Positions 40,950-53,737 of a stretch of 64,000 nucleotides of DNA are shown here, piece after piece. Within the stretch, counting starts at the first letter, position 1. Each line of letters opens with the position of its first letter. A model generated the notes under the pieces. It worked only from the letters and a program-made list of their open reading frames with translations. It was not told where the DNA came from and did not search any database. Location: assembly GCF_009914755.1 (NCBI RefSeq), contig NC_060941.1. The stretch is one strand, 5' to 3'. Both the position numbers and the translations under genes were made by a program. The DNA is from the human T2T-CHM13v2.0 reference genome, Homo sapiens.

Positions 40950-41243
40950 TTTATTTTTGAAACATAATCTTGTTCTGTTGCCCAGGCTGGAGTGCTGTGG
41001 TGCCGTCTCCAGTCACTGCAATGTCTGTCACCTGAGCCCAAGCAATCTTCCCTTCTCAGCCTCCTGAGTAGCTGAGACTACAGGTGCACGCCACGCCACC
41101 ATGCCTAGCTAATTTTTGTAGTTTTTGTAGAGGTGGTGTTTCGCCATGTTTCTCAGCCTGGTCTCAAACTCCTGGGCTCAAGCAACGCGTGTGCCTCAGC
41201 CTGCAAAGTTCTGGGATTACAGGCTTGAGCACTGAGCCCGGCC
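40950..41243 (-). mobile_element. Alu (AluJ-like)
   Basis: Diverged dimer. Confidence 0.9.
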
Positions 41244-44200
41244 CAGTACAAACCTACAGACTTATTTTTACATCTCATTTTACTCAGTGTCATTTTTAAT
41301 CCAAACATTAATTGATAACATTCATAGGGTCGATTTGTGCCCCAGCAGTCTCTGCCTCCAAGATAAATGTGAAAATAAAGCAGACACATTTATTTTAGGA
41401 GAAATGGACCCACAGCTTCAGTTCCACCAGTGCCTTTGTTCCTGCCCCGGTTTCTTTTTCTGTTGTGTTAAAAAAAAAAAAATCCCCGAAAACCACTAAG
41501 CTAAAATGATAGAAAACAAACGAAAACAGCTACTGTTGTAGCGCCCACTTCAAAAAGCGGAAAGCCTGTGCACCGCTCTGCTAATGAAGAGACATTTTGC
41601 TTGGTTGTTTTAATTAATATTTGATGTTTGAATTAAACAGTGAATTCTGAGGACAAATTGAAGAGGCAGTTTCGATTAAGAGGCCTCCATCTTGTGGCCT
41701 GCACAAGAGTGTCAGAATGAAATATTCTGCAGCCTCAAGGGGGTCATGAGTTCTACTGGTTGCAGTATAGGAAATTCTCAATTTAGGAGCAAAAATGATC
41801 TTGAGTATGTTTCCTCAAGCCTTTTTGAATATATTCAATTTTAATGTATTATGTTTTCACATTTCATCATAGAAAAATGCTGAAACAATCAGTAACAAAA
41901 TTTGAAATTCTGTTTGGTAGATTTTCACATTAACATGTGTACAGTTGAATATTTTATAATTATTAATTCTTTATGTGGAACACCGCAAAAGAGTGACTGA
42001 TAAGTATAATGTGGTTTATCCATGAAAAAGGATCCACATGCAACAAGTTTGTTTGTTTTGTTTTCTATGATAAGGGAAAGAAAGATCAAGGTTTGTATCA
42101 TCAGATTTTTCCCTTGCTTTCAGGCATTTCATCTTGGTTTACCCAGGGGATAGGTTATCTAATGAGCATTAAGAAACTCAAAGCATTGAGAGGTAATTTA
42201 TTTTTCCTTGCATCAAGTAATAAATATCGCAAAAAAAAGGTGATTTTTTTACATTTATAATATGTAAATAAAAATGCCAAAGAATCCTGCCTGAGTTCTA
42301 CACCAGATTTATGGGCTGGAGAGTGGTTAAGGGAAAGACCAATACATCAGCCTCAGTTAATTAAAACATGTTAAATAGAGACCCGCTCCCCTTTCAGCAG
42401 AAGACCAGCACCTCCAGCTCATGCATAATACCAAATGCTTGCATTCCAGCGCTTTGAGCATGTGCTCCGGCAGTGCTGTGTGTGCTCTCTGTGTGTTGCC
42501 AGGGATTAATCAGCCTAAGACACTGTTCATTTCATCAAGTGTAACAGAAAAGATTCCCATGCATCTTTTTTAGGAAAAAAAAATGTTTGACTCATTCCAC
42601 ATGAAAGAGATCAGATGAAAAATATGTTAACTGAGTTGGCGAATAGATGGCAAGGCAATGCGATACCGTATGTCTTTAATTAGCTCTGATTTTTATCTTC
42701 GTTCTTTAATTACAATGTAGATCAGTCTTGTGTGTTTCTATTACACTTACTATTATTGGCTATTGTTCACTTGGTCTCTTATAAAAACAGTGGAAATTAA
42801 AATGATAAAATTAGCTCCTAGCTAATAGCTTAATGTTCATTTTAGTAATTTCACTATCTGCTAGAGAAACAGCAATCCTGTGTAGCCTGTTAGGGTTTTT
42901 CTTTTAAAATATTCTTTGCCTCTTTACAGCTGGTCAAATTCTTTGTAAATTTACAATATGTTTTAATACTTTTTATTGTATAACATGTGAGCTGAAAGAA
43001 ATTGACAGGTGAATGATTTGTTCCAGGGTTTAAAAAATAAACAATTGATTAAATATAATGCAAGAAAATGGTTATTTGGACCAGAAAGCCTCCAAATAAT
43101 AAACATTAACACAAATATGAGTGACATAAATTTTAAGAGATGGTGATCAGCTTTCATATTCTTAGTGGCACAGTGCTTGTCCTGGGACCAGGAGGTTTAT
43201 TTATTGTTTACTTCTCTCTCAGAGGAGTGCTGTAGGTAGAGTAGAAGACGACTTCATCAAAGCACAGATACAGTATTGCACACACTTCAAACCATCAGAG
43301 CCGGAAAATGACATATCTGTCACTCAGTAATCCTTCTTATATTTTTATTGTGTCATATTTCTTTGTAATTTAAAAATTAAGGATAATATTCAAGTCTCTC
43401 CGCTTTCAGTCTTCTTTTATAAATAAGTATATTTTACCAAATTAGTATATGCCATGGTTTGAAAAATCAAATAATACAGAAGGTTTATGATGAATAAAGT
43501 AGTCCCTGGCCCCACGCTTTCTCTGCTGAGACTCTATGACCAAAGGCACCTCCTTCCCCTGTTTCCATTTCTAGTTCTTCTGGAGGGTGTCTCCTTCCCT
43601 GTAGATGACATGCTGAGACCACTGCTTCTTGATTTGTCGTTTTTAGATTATCAGTGGGCTTTGTCTTAGGGTACAAACCAAGAACAGAGCTGCCATTAAG
43701 TTCTGTTTAAAGAAGGGAGAAACGATGTGGAAGCCTGTTAGCAAAGAAGTCAATTATGTGTAGATTACATGCTGGTTTAAATTCCTATGTGTTATTTGTA
43801 TTCAGTAGTGAATTCTAAAGAGAAAATTCTAGATTGAAGAGGCTGCGTCACTCACGACGCCTTCTTGCGTTCCCTCTTATTCACTCTATTGGGTTTCTTT
43901 ATACTTTGTAAACTTTGTGGTTTCAAGTAATATCCTTATGCTTTTATTTCTAGTTTTATCAGTAATAGCTCATTTCTTCCATTTTCAAGGCTCTTAGCTT
44001 CCTTGTACTTTCTTCTGCCTTTTTTCTTTTACAGCTTCTGTTATCTGCACTTTCTGTGATTGTCTTTCGTTCTCTGACCACGATTAACACCTCTGTGCTT
44101 GAGTGGAGATTGATTCTATAGGAAGACAAGCATTAAACCTTGTACCTGATTATGACCACATAAATATTGCTCGCTCAGTGGCTAGAGTACTGTGATTTCC

Positions 44201-44807
44201 ATTTTTATAACTGTTTTCGTTTGTTTGCTTTTCCTGGACATTTCCTCTTTTCTTCTTGAATTACCTATCGTTACCACTTCCTCCACTGATAGATCCACAA
44301 GGAGAGCGGAGAGCACAGAAGGCGCCCTCTCCCCTCACATCTTCCAAGCTCTCCTGCCTCGCTCAGCCGATCGTGCCTGTGGCCTGCTCCCCGGCGTCAG
44401 CTGGCTCCCCTTTGTAATTCTCCAGGATCCGTCCCTGTGTCTAGATCCCACTTCTTCCCCTCTCTCGATTTTCTCCTTTGTTCTCCTAGGGGAAATCCTC
44501 AAGCACTGCCCTAAGAAAGGATGTTTGGCAGTCTGAGACCATCAGTATTTGAAGCAGTGGAAGTAATGAAAAATCTCATTACTGGGTTTTAATCAAATAG
44601 CAGTTTGTCTTTTTCACTAATAAGGTCTCTGAGGCAAATGATGACTTTTCAGCAGTGCCACTGGGGACCAGGCATCCTTAGCCGACTGGCTTTATCCTCA
44701 TGTTTGCAATATGCCCACCACATCTGCAGGTGTTTCATCTGCTTGGGAGGCAGGAGGAAATGGGGAAGGGGCAGTGCTGGCCACAGCTGTCTCTTTATAA
44801 GGAAGAA

Positions 44808-45128
44808 CAGCCCGCCCTCTGTATCTGTGGCTTCCACATCCTTGGAGTCAACTAACTGTGGCTCCAAGACATTCGGGGAAAAAAAATTGCATTGTACTGG
44901 ACATGTACACTTCTTCTCACCATTGTTCCCTAAACAATATAGTATAACAACTACGTTTACAGCATTCACATGGTAGTAGATGTTATAAGTAGAGATGATT
45001 TGAAGCACACCAAAGTCTGTGTGTGGGTTATATGCAAGCACCACACCATTTTATATCTGTGCATTGGCAGATTTTGGCATCCATGGGGGTCTAGGAACCA
45101 ATGCCCTGTGGATATTGAGGGATGACTG
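44808..45128. mobile_element. MER2-like (TcMar-Tigger) non-autonomous DNA transposon
   Basis: Imperfect terminal inverted repeats cagcccgccctctgtatctgtgg … gtggatattgagggatgactg, and MER2-like internal sequence. Confidence 0.8.
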
Positions 45129-45957
45129 CAACAAGCAGACTTCGCTTTAGACCGAGTTGGCCAGAGCCAGGTCACGTAGCACCCCAGGTGTGGTTGAGGG
45201 GTGACTAAAGGGAGTGGACTTGGGGGTGGCTGTGAGATGATCCAATGAGGACCATCAGCCACATTACCTGGGTAATGTCATCATTCTAACCACATCCATT
45301 ATCGATAGTGTAGATATGGAATTTTAGGCAATTTTCACTCTTCCAGTGGTAGCCCTGTTACTCCTTGCAGTGGATGAGTAGATGTTCTTGATAAGTCTGC
45401 CACCTCCATCCAGATAAATGCCATAAGAGGAATATTTATAGTCATCGTACACAGTATATGTATTGACTGAGTTGGAGAGAGAGAAAAAAAGAGAATTCAA
45501 ATGTTTTTTAACAACTTTTATCTGGATACTAAATCCTTAGCCTGTAAACTAGAAAGGAAGGTGAAGTCTTAAAGAAACAGATGCTCTTGGAAACGGAGCC
45601 CATGAAGTCTTGTCCGTCAGTTTCTTCTAGAGGATATTTCTCAAGGGCAGTCACAGCTCACCGTCACTGAAGACGGCAGTCAAGCCCGGAGTCAAATCTA
45701 GGCGAGTTTCTCTTCTTTTTAATGGGAGGCCAGTAGCGAGTTGGGCAGGCGGTAAAGATAATAATGCCTTTCTTCTGCTGGGACAGCACGGGCTCCACTG
45801 CCCCAGTAAGTCTTGTTCTGCACATAGCCATCTGCTTTTGGTTTAGGGCTGGAGCATAGGCAAGTTTTTGGTGGGAGCCATGGAAATAGCCTGAGAATGA
45901 CTTCCTGGAGAGCAGGTTGCTGTGTGTCAGAAGAGTCTTGTATGAAAGTTCAGCCCT

Positions 45958-46249
45958 GGCCGGTGCGGTGGCTCACGCCTGTAATCCCAGCACTTTGGAA
46001 GGCCAAGGTGGGCAGATGGCTTGAGTTCAGGAGTTCAAGACCAGCCTGGGCAGCATAGCGAAACCCCATCTCTACAAAAAATACAAAAGTTAGCCAGCTG
46101 TAGTGGCACGCATGTGTCATCCCAGCTACTCTGGAGACCAAGGTGGAAGGGTCGCTTGAGCTCAGAGCTGGAGGCTGCAGTGAGCCGTGATTGTGCCACT
46201 GCACCTCAGCCTAGGCAATAGAGTGAGACCCCATCTCTTAAAAAAAAAA
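45958..46249 (+). mobile_element. Alu (AluJ-like) with a 12-bp TSD
   Basis: AAAGTTCAGCCC at 45945-45956 and 46250-46261. Confidence 0.95.
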
Positions 46250-49200
46250 AAAGTTCAGCCCATGGATCATGGGCACAATTCACTTCTCCACTATTCCCCC
46301 GCACTCTGCAAGGCTTTTCTCAGGATGCTTCCGAGTAACTCGTGTTTGTGTGGTGTCTCTAAACACAATTGTGTGGTCCAGTCCTGCCACCTGTAGCAGT
46401 ACACTCCCAAAGCACAGAAACCTGTCCGACGGTCACTCACTGCCACAGCGAGAAGCTTGCTTGGGTCCACAGCCTCCCCAAGGCTGCAGTGACTTAACCG
46501 CCCCCCGCCCCTACCAATGTGAAAACCTATACTTAAACTGATAGGTGATACATTGGCCTCCTGCACTGATCCCCGTAGCTAAATTTTATGTCAAATAAAT
46601 ATTGTAATTCTGCCAAAAATGACTAACGTCTAGAATCTTCAAGTTTCCTCAAAAATATTAAATGCATATCTCACAGATCTAAAGTACTCATGTTCTGAAA
46701 TCTTCTTCATTTCTTTGCTACTCTTGTAGACAGGCACACTGCTTGGCTGGCATGGAATTCTGCAGCAAAAGGCAGTTCTCCTGCTGAAGGTTGTGGTTGT
46801 AGTGATTGCTGAATACCATCAGTTAGTTCTTTGGGTACCTCTCAACAGGTGTGTTTCTTAATCACTGTTTCCTAAATTGGAATTTGTGTGTGTGAGTTTG
46901 CAAATCTTCTCCACGGACTCACCGTCGTCATGGCATTTGTGATTCAGAGGAGGGATCTGCGGTGCCGATTCCACAGGAGCTCAGGCTCGCCTGTATTTCT
47001 CTTTCAAGCAATGATTTTCATAAGTGCTTTCCCCTGTAATCTCATAGTTTTGTCATTTGTAGGCAGTAGGGACGTGAGCTGACATGTGTTAGGTCACAAC
47101 TTTATTAATTTTCAAGTGATATTAATTTTTAGGTTTGAAGAAGATGCTTTCCCCTTTTCTAAGTTGTCTCTGTTTCCTCCAGCATAATTTTTTTTCCTTT
47201 GGTTAATTTAGATTATTCTCTGTCATACTGGAGGTATGTGGTGATTTTATTGTTTGTCATATTTAAGAATGAAGAGAAGCTGCCCATCACTGCGTGTCTG
47301 TGACAGGAGGCGTTGGCTAGAGGGCCTTGCTCGATGGGAAGTAGGGGGCGCTGGCTGCTGCGCTGGGGACTCATGGATGCCCCCATGCCGAGGTCTTTAT
47401 TTCTCTGGGCTCTAAATGACTACACCAGCTGCCTTTAATTTTCCCCAGATATGTCAGTAACTCTCTTTAGAGGAAAAAAACCCACCACCAGCCTGAGTGC
47501 TTTCCGGCAGGGGGGCGGTGGTGGAGGATCATTGCAGAACACCTGGCTTCAGGCACACAGGTGAGACGCCGGCTGTCCTGATGGCAGGTCTTCAGGTAAT
47601 CTGTGCCTTCCAGCCCGCACCACTCCAGGCTTGGGCATGGGGGCTGCCTTCCACTTCCCTTCTCTGCATGTGCTCTGGACACTTTCAGTTCCTCTTTTTT
47701 AACAAAAGTTGGCCAAAGTCAGTTTTGCGTACCTTATACTTTATTTATAGTAAGCTGTAAGAACCCATACTTGTGAAGGTTTTCAAAACATTAGAATATC
47801 TGCTCCCTGGTGTTAAGAAATGTGTAATATAGTTGAAGCACATATATTCATTCTTTCTCTCTCTTTTTCTCCCCCGCCCCCCCGCCACACTCACTCCACC
47901 ACCACCACAATGACCAAGGAGAAGTGCATTTTTCATTTAGCAGAAATGCTGCCATTTCCACTGTCTATAGCAGAAGGGGAGTTCGTCCAAAACATACAGT
48001 AGAAACCCCTTTAATTGGAATCCACAGAACGGCCATCCCCAAAGCCCCGCTGGGGAGAATGAAGCCACTGTGAGAGGTTAAGAGGGTGGGGGGGCAGGGC
48101 TGGCCCTTGGAGTGGGCTGGCGAGCTGACTTGCCAACCAGAAAGGAAATAGGTCACGGGAGAAATGGGGGGAAACACAGGCCCATGGAGGATGAGGTCCA
48201 CGCCTGCCAGTGGGTGCTGGGAGGGCAGCCCCAGGGGGAGCAGGCAGCAGGAGATGCCCAGCCCGGCCCCGTGTACCTGGCAGGCCTCAGCCTGTGGACA
48301 CCCTCGCCTTTGGTTTGTGTGACATTTCACAGTTGGTGGGACATTTGTGCCGTTTCATCCATCTTTAGTCTGCGCAGCTGAGCTGAATGTGGCCGCCAAA
48401 GCTTTTGCTGCTTCTCTGTGCCCATGCACCATCCCTTTCTGTGGTTTGCACGGGGAGATAAAGGTCTTTTTTGTTGGCACCTTTCGTAACTCCGAGTCCT
48501 AGAATTTGGAGGCTTCAGTAAAAAGAAAAGTGATTTCTCTGCATAAAAAATTTAAGAACCCTTACCGCTGATGACCTTAAATGAATTTCACAGACACGTG
48601 TCATTAGCACAGGCAGCTTCCAGGGTGCAACTGAAGTTCCCCTTTCTTCACAAATGCTTCCCCCAGCCTGAAATCTTCCTTGGCTGACCACATACGGCAA
48701 TCTCCTACACAGCGGCCTTGACAATCATGTGTTGTCTTGTAGCCTCTCTTCTACTGTCATAAGCTTACTTTACATTTGTTATGTAAACCTGTCAAGAATG
48801 CCTCACGTTAAATTGATGCTCAGGAAGGATCTATAGATTTGGCTTGATAAATACATATTTGAATAAACTACCTTTAGTTGTCTTCTTTAGATGTATCCAT
48901 GATGCATTAAATATATTTGATCTTCAATTGATTTGTATGAAATGTGAGAAGAAACAAAGAAAACTTGATTAGCCATAATTCATGAAAACGATACACTGTT
49001 TGCAGTTGTCATAAAACTGGGAGCTTTCCCAAAAATTCTTAGAGTTTAACCTTTTTTTTGTTTCTAATTTCATCTATTTTAAAGTATTGTCTGAAATTGC
49101 TTGATATTCTGGACCACAGATGATGGCCAGCACCATGGGTTGCAGACTGGGGCACTGTGATCCCAGCAGGACCCATCTGCCTGGCCCTGCTTGCTGTCGC

Positions 49201-49399
49201 GGGAACACCTCTGCCGCCACCACGGAGGCCGAGGGGCTCGCCCCGCCCCGACGCGGAGGCAGATGTCTTTCACAAAGGATCCTGGTGGCACAGGGCAGTG
49301 GAGTTTCTGGCTGAAGGTGGAGCCTCATGAGAGGAGAGGGGCAAGTGGGAAGTAAGTGCTTTCACTGAACACTGAGGTCAGAAACACGGAAGAGGTGTT

Positions 49400-51240
49400 C
49401 ATTCTCACCCATCCTCTCCAGCATCACACGATAAGTCCGTCTGCGCAGAAGGCAAGGGCAGGAAACAGGCATAGAGATCAGAAAAGAAGTTAGGCCATCT
49501 TTTCTTGAAGTGATCACCTGTGTTGAAGTGTCAGCTGTTAAGTATCACAGTGGGATTTACAGGATACTCCCTCCAGCAGCAGCCAATACACACACTTTTC
49601 CAGCGTCCATGCGGCATTCATCAAGGTCGGTCACATCCTGGGTCATAAAATAAACCTCAACAAGTTTTAAACAGCACAGCGTGTGTTCTTTAACCACAAG
49701 AGAATCAGCTACACGTCAATAAACACGAGAAAAAACTGTGAAAAAAATTAAACAACGTATTTCTAAATAATGGGTCAGAAGCCTCAAGGGAAATTAAAAA
49801 AAAATACATAGAGTTAGATGAAAATGAATATACAACATATCTGTATTTATAGGATGCAGATAAATCAGTATTGAAAGAGAAATTTATAGCACTAAAATCT
49901 TATGTTAGAAAAGAGGAAAGATGACAAATTATTGATATAAATTCCTACTTCAAGAAATTGGAAGAGTAAAATAAACTGAAAGCAGTCAGAAGAAAGGAAA
50001 TAATAACAGAAATCATTAAAATTGAAAACAGAAAAACAATGGAGAAATATTAAAAGCTGATTCTCAGAAAAAAAATCAATAAAATGGATACATTCCTAGC
50101 AATACTAACAAAATAGAAAAATCAAGAGGGAGATGGAAAAACCTCTACAGATCCTGCAGCCATTTAAATAATAATGAACAACTTTACACTCTTAAATTCA
50201 GCAACTGAGAGGAAATGGACCAATTCCTCGAAAACCCCCAGCTACCAAAATCCAACCAATTGAATATTCTGAGTATTATCTGTTCAGCAATAGATAATCT
50301 GAATAGTCATAGAATCATGAAAGAAATTGAATTTGTCATTTAAAATTGTCTGAAACATAAATCTGCAGGCATACATGGTTTCACTGGAGACTATTGCCAA
50401 ATATTTAAAAAGAAGAAGCAGAACACCAGTTTTGTACAAGCTCTTCCAGAAGATAGAAGGGTTGGGAACACATTTCAACTCATTTTATGAGGCCATTATT
50501 ATCCTAATGCCAAAACCAGACACACCGTTCAAAAAAAATAAAAAACAGCAAACCAATATCTGTCACAAACTTAGATGCCAAAATCCTCAAAACAATAATA
50601 GCAAATCAGTTCTAGCAATTTATAAAAGGAATTATACGCTGTGACTTAGTGAGTTTTTTTACGGGTGTAGAAGTCTAGTTCAATGTTTAAAAATTAATTA
50701 ATGTACTTCATACCAACAGACTAAAGATGAAAAATCATACGATTTTACCAATTGATGCAGAAAACTCTTTCATGCGAGAGAAAACAAACAAAAAAAAAAC
50801 TTTCAGTGAACTAAGAATAGAGAAGAACTTCAATTTGATTTTTTAAAAAATCTGTAAAAACCTAACAGCCGTCCTTTTACTTACTGGTAAAAGACTGAAT
50901 GTTTCCCCCTTAAGATTGGAAGCAAGGCAAGGATATCCATTCTTATCACTGTTATTCAACAGAAGTACTGGAAGTTCTAGCCAGTGCAATAAGACAAGAA
51001 AAAGACATCATTGGTTATCAGGGAAACGCAAATCAAAACTACAGTGAGGTGCTACCTCGCGCCACTAGGGTGGCAGCAATAAAACAGATGGGTAATAACA
51101 AGTGTTGACGAGGATGTGGAGAGATTGGAATCCTTGCACACTGCTGGTGGGAATGTAAAATGGTACGGCTGCTTCAGAAGATAGTCTGGCAAGGTTCTCA
51201 AGATGTGAAACTGAGGGTCTCCCCGTGACCCAGCAGGAGA
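49400..51240 (+). mobile_element. Old L1 ORF2 fragments (L1M)
   Basis: The ORF-track peptide PVLYKLFQKIEGLGTHFNSFYEAIIILMPKPD is L1 ORF2 RT-like. A-rich sense strand. Confidence 0.85.
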
Positions 51241-51399
51241 GTGGCATGCACTCTAGAATAGCGCTTGGCCCACACTGGGCACTCAGCTGACCCCTGCTGG
51301 CTTGGCTAATGAGCAGAGTAAAAACACTCCTCCCTGGCAGTGTGGGGGCCTTCCGAGTGGAGGGTGGTGCTGGTGTGGGGGCCCTCCAGGTGGAGGGCA

Positions 51400-52330
51400 G
51401 TGCAGGAGGCCATGGCAGGCAGTGGCAGTGCTTGGACTAAGGTGGTAGATGTTGGCAAGGCAATTGTTTGCATCTGGGGTTCGTTGTGAAGGAAGAGTGA
51501 TTCGCTCTGGATCAGATGGAGGACTTAGGCAAAAGGAGTTAAAGGCAACACCAGTGTTTTGGCCTGGGTGGAATGGAGCAGCTGTCTCCCGAGCCAGGAG
51601 GACCATGAGGCTGGAGGGTGGATGGAGGTCTTGGGGTGCAGGACACAAGAGCTCTGCTCAGGCAATGTGGGGTGTGGGGTCCTATCAGAGATGTTTGTTC
51701 AGCATCTCCTGTAAATTAGGAAGGGTGACAGGGCATACAGCAGCACGCAAGTGGACAAACCCTGGCTCTACTTTCCTGAGAATGCATCAGAAGGTGGTCG
51801 GTGTCATCCTAGAACAGACAATGGCTGAAGCCATGGGATGGTGACGAGCCCCCATGTGGTTCGTGTGGCTGGAGAGGAGAGGCCAGTCGAGGCCTGCGTT
51901 CGGTGGTGTGTGTAGAGTCTGGGAAAAGGAGAGGCACTGACAGACCAGACCAGAGAAGTAGCCAGGCAGTTGGAGGGTAACCAGGCACTCGTGGCATCAG
52001 GAAGTCAGGAAAAGCCTCAGGAAAGCCTTCTAGAAGTAGGGACAGTTAGCTGATTGCTGTGCTGTTGAGCGGCTCACACGAGGAGGACTGAGGATGGACC
52101 GTTGTATTTGTGCACACGGGGCCATTGCTGGATTTAACAAAAGCAGTGTCAACGCAGGGTGGTGGGCTCTCATGTGATTCTAAACTGTTCAAGAGAGGGT
52201 GGGCGATGCCATGTGGAAGCTCCTGAGGGAGGTTTGTTTTCGTCACATGGACATTATGAGAGCATGTGTTTGTGCTAATGGGAGTAACCTGGCAGAGAGG
52301 GAAAAGCTGATGTGTGGGAGGGAGAGAGAG
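51400..52330 (-). mobile_element. L2 fragment
   Basis: 'gtgcttggactaaggtggtag…ggagttaaaggcaacaccagtgttttggcctgg…ggatttaacaaaag' is L2-like. Confidence 0.55.
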
Positions 52331-52515
52331 CTCCTGAGGGCGGCCCTTAAGTAGGTGTGAAGGGAACAGGATCCATTACACAAGGGGAGGAGCTGGCTGG
52401 AGGCGGAGCATCGACGGTGGTCATTCCAGAAGGGGATGGCAGCACATGCATGCAGAGGCCAGGTTTGGAGGAAGGATGCAGACGCACAGCACAATCAAGT
52501 TTAGGAGGAGCAGGT

Positions 52516-53026
52516 ACACACACACACACACGTATATAAGCACATGCACATACAGACATGTACACATACACATGCACATAGACAACACATGCACACATGT
52601 ACACGTATACTCACCTACATTTACATACATGTATGCACACACATAGACATATATGCATATAGACATGCATAGATGCCACACACATACACACGCACATATA
52701 CATACATGTCCACACATATAAACACATGCACATACACATACAGCCATATACACAGAGACACACATAGACACCATAGACACACCCACACACATACACATGC
52801 ATGTGCGCACACATACATGCACATATAGACACGCACATGTATACATGTGCATACACACATGCACACGCCTATATACACATATATACATGCCCACCTATAC
52901 ATACATAAACATACACATATACATGTGCACACAGAAACATGGACATATACACACATGCACACATACACACAGGTACATGCTCATACATGCACATCTACAC
53001 ACTCACCTATACACACACACACACAC
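52516..53026. repeat. Degenerate (CA)/(TA)/(TG) alternating purine-pyrimidine low-complexity tract, ~500 bp
   Basis: Read directly from the sequence. Confidence 0.93.
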
Positions 53027-53737
53027 AGCTTTTGGTGCCATGCCGCAGCACATTCCTAGTGCTTCACATATGTTCCTTTCTAATTGGTGTTTGTTTTAGA
53101 AGGTGGAGTGAGTACACGTGTCTGGATCCAGCCTTATTAGATTGTCTTTGCGCACTGGGAATAACACCCACTTTATGCTCAGCTCTTACTAGTGTCTCCA
53201 GCTTTCCCTCTCCTCCTTGTTAACAGAATTGGAACCCTTCCTGTCTTCCCGTCTCTCTCCTGAAATTAGCCAAGGCTCTCTCTCTTATGACTCAGTTCAT
53301 TAGAGAAGTAAGCAGAAACACAGCAGCTGATGATGAACAAAATGTTTCCGGGGGTGAAGGCACCCATCTGGCAGGGGGCAGGGCGCTCTTGCAGGTTCCG
53401 CCGTGCAGAGAAGAAGCCACAAGGACCGAGGGAGGCCTGAAGGAGATGTCTAACCTGAGCCGTAGAACGTAAGAAGTTGCCAGCATAAAGACAGGTAGGA
53501 AAGGCATGTCAGTGACAGAGGCAGGAGAACACGTGACCCACTTGTGTGGGGAGCTCCAGCAGCGCGTTCGGAGTGCTGGGCATTGCCAGGTCTGAAAGAG
53601 GTCATCAGTTCTTGGGAAAGGTGCCTGCGTGGGCTAGAAATCATGGAACAAATCATAAAGCCAAGTAGTAATTTAAACCCAGATGCTACTTTAATTAACT
53701 CACTTTGCTACTTTGCCCTCGGCAGCAAGGGTTGAGG

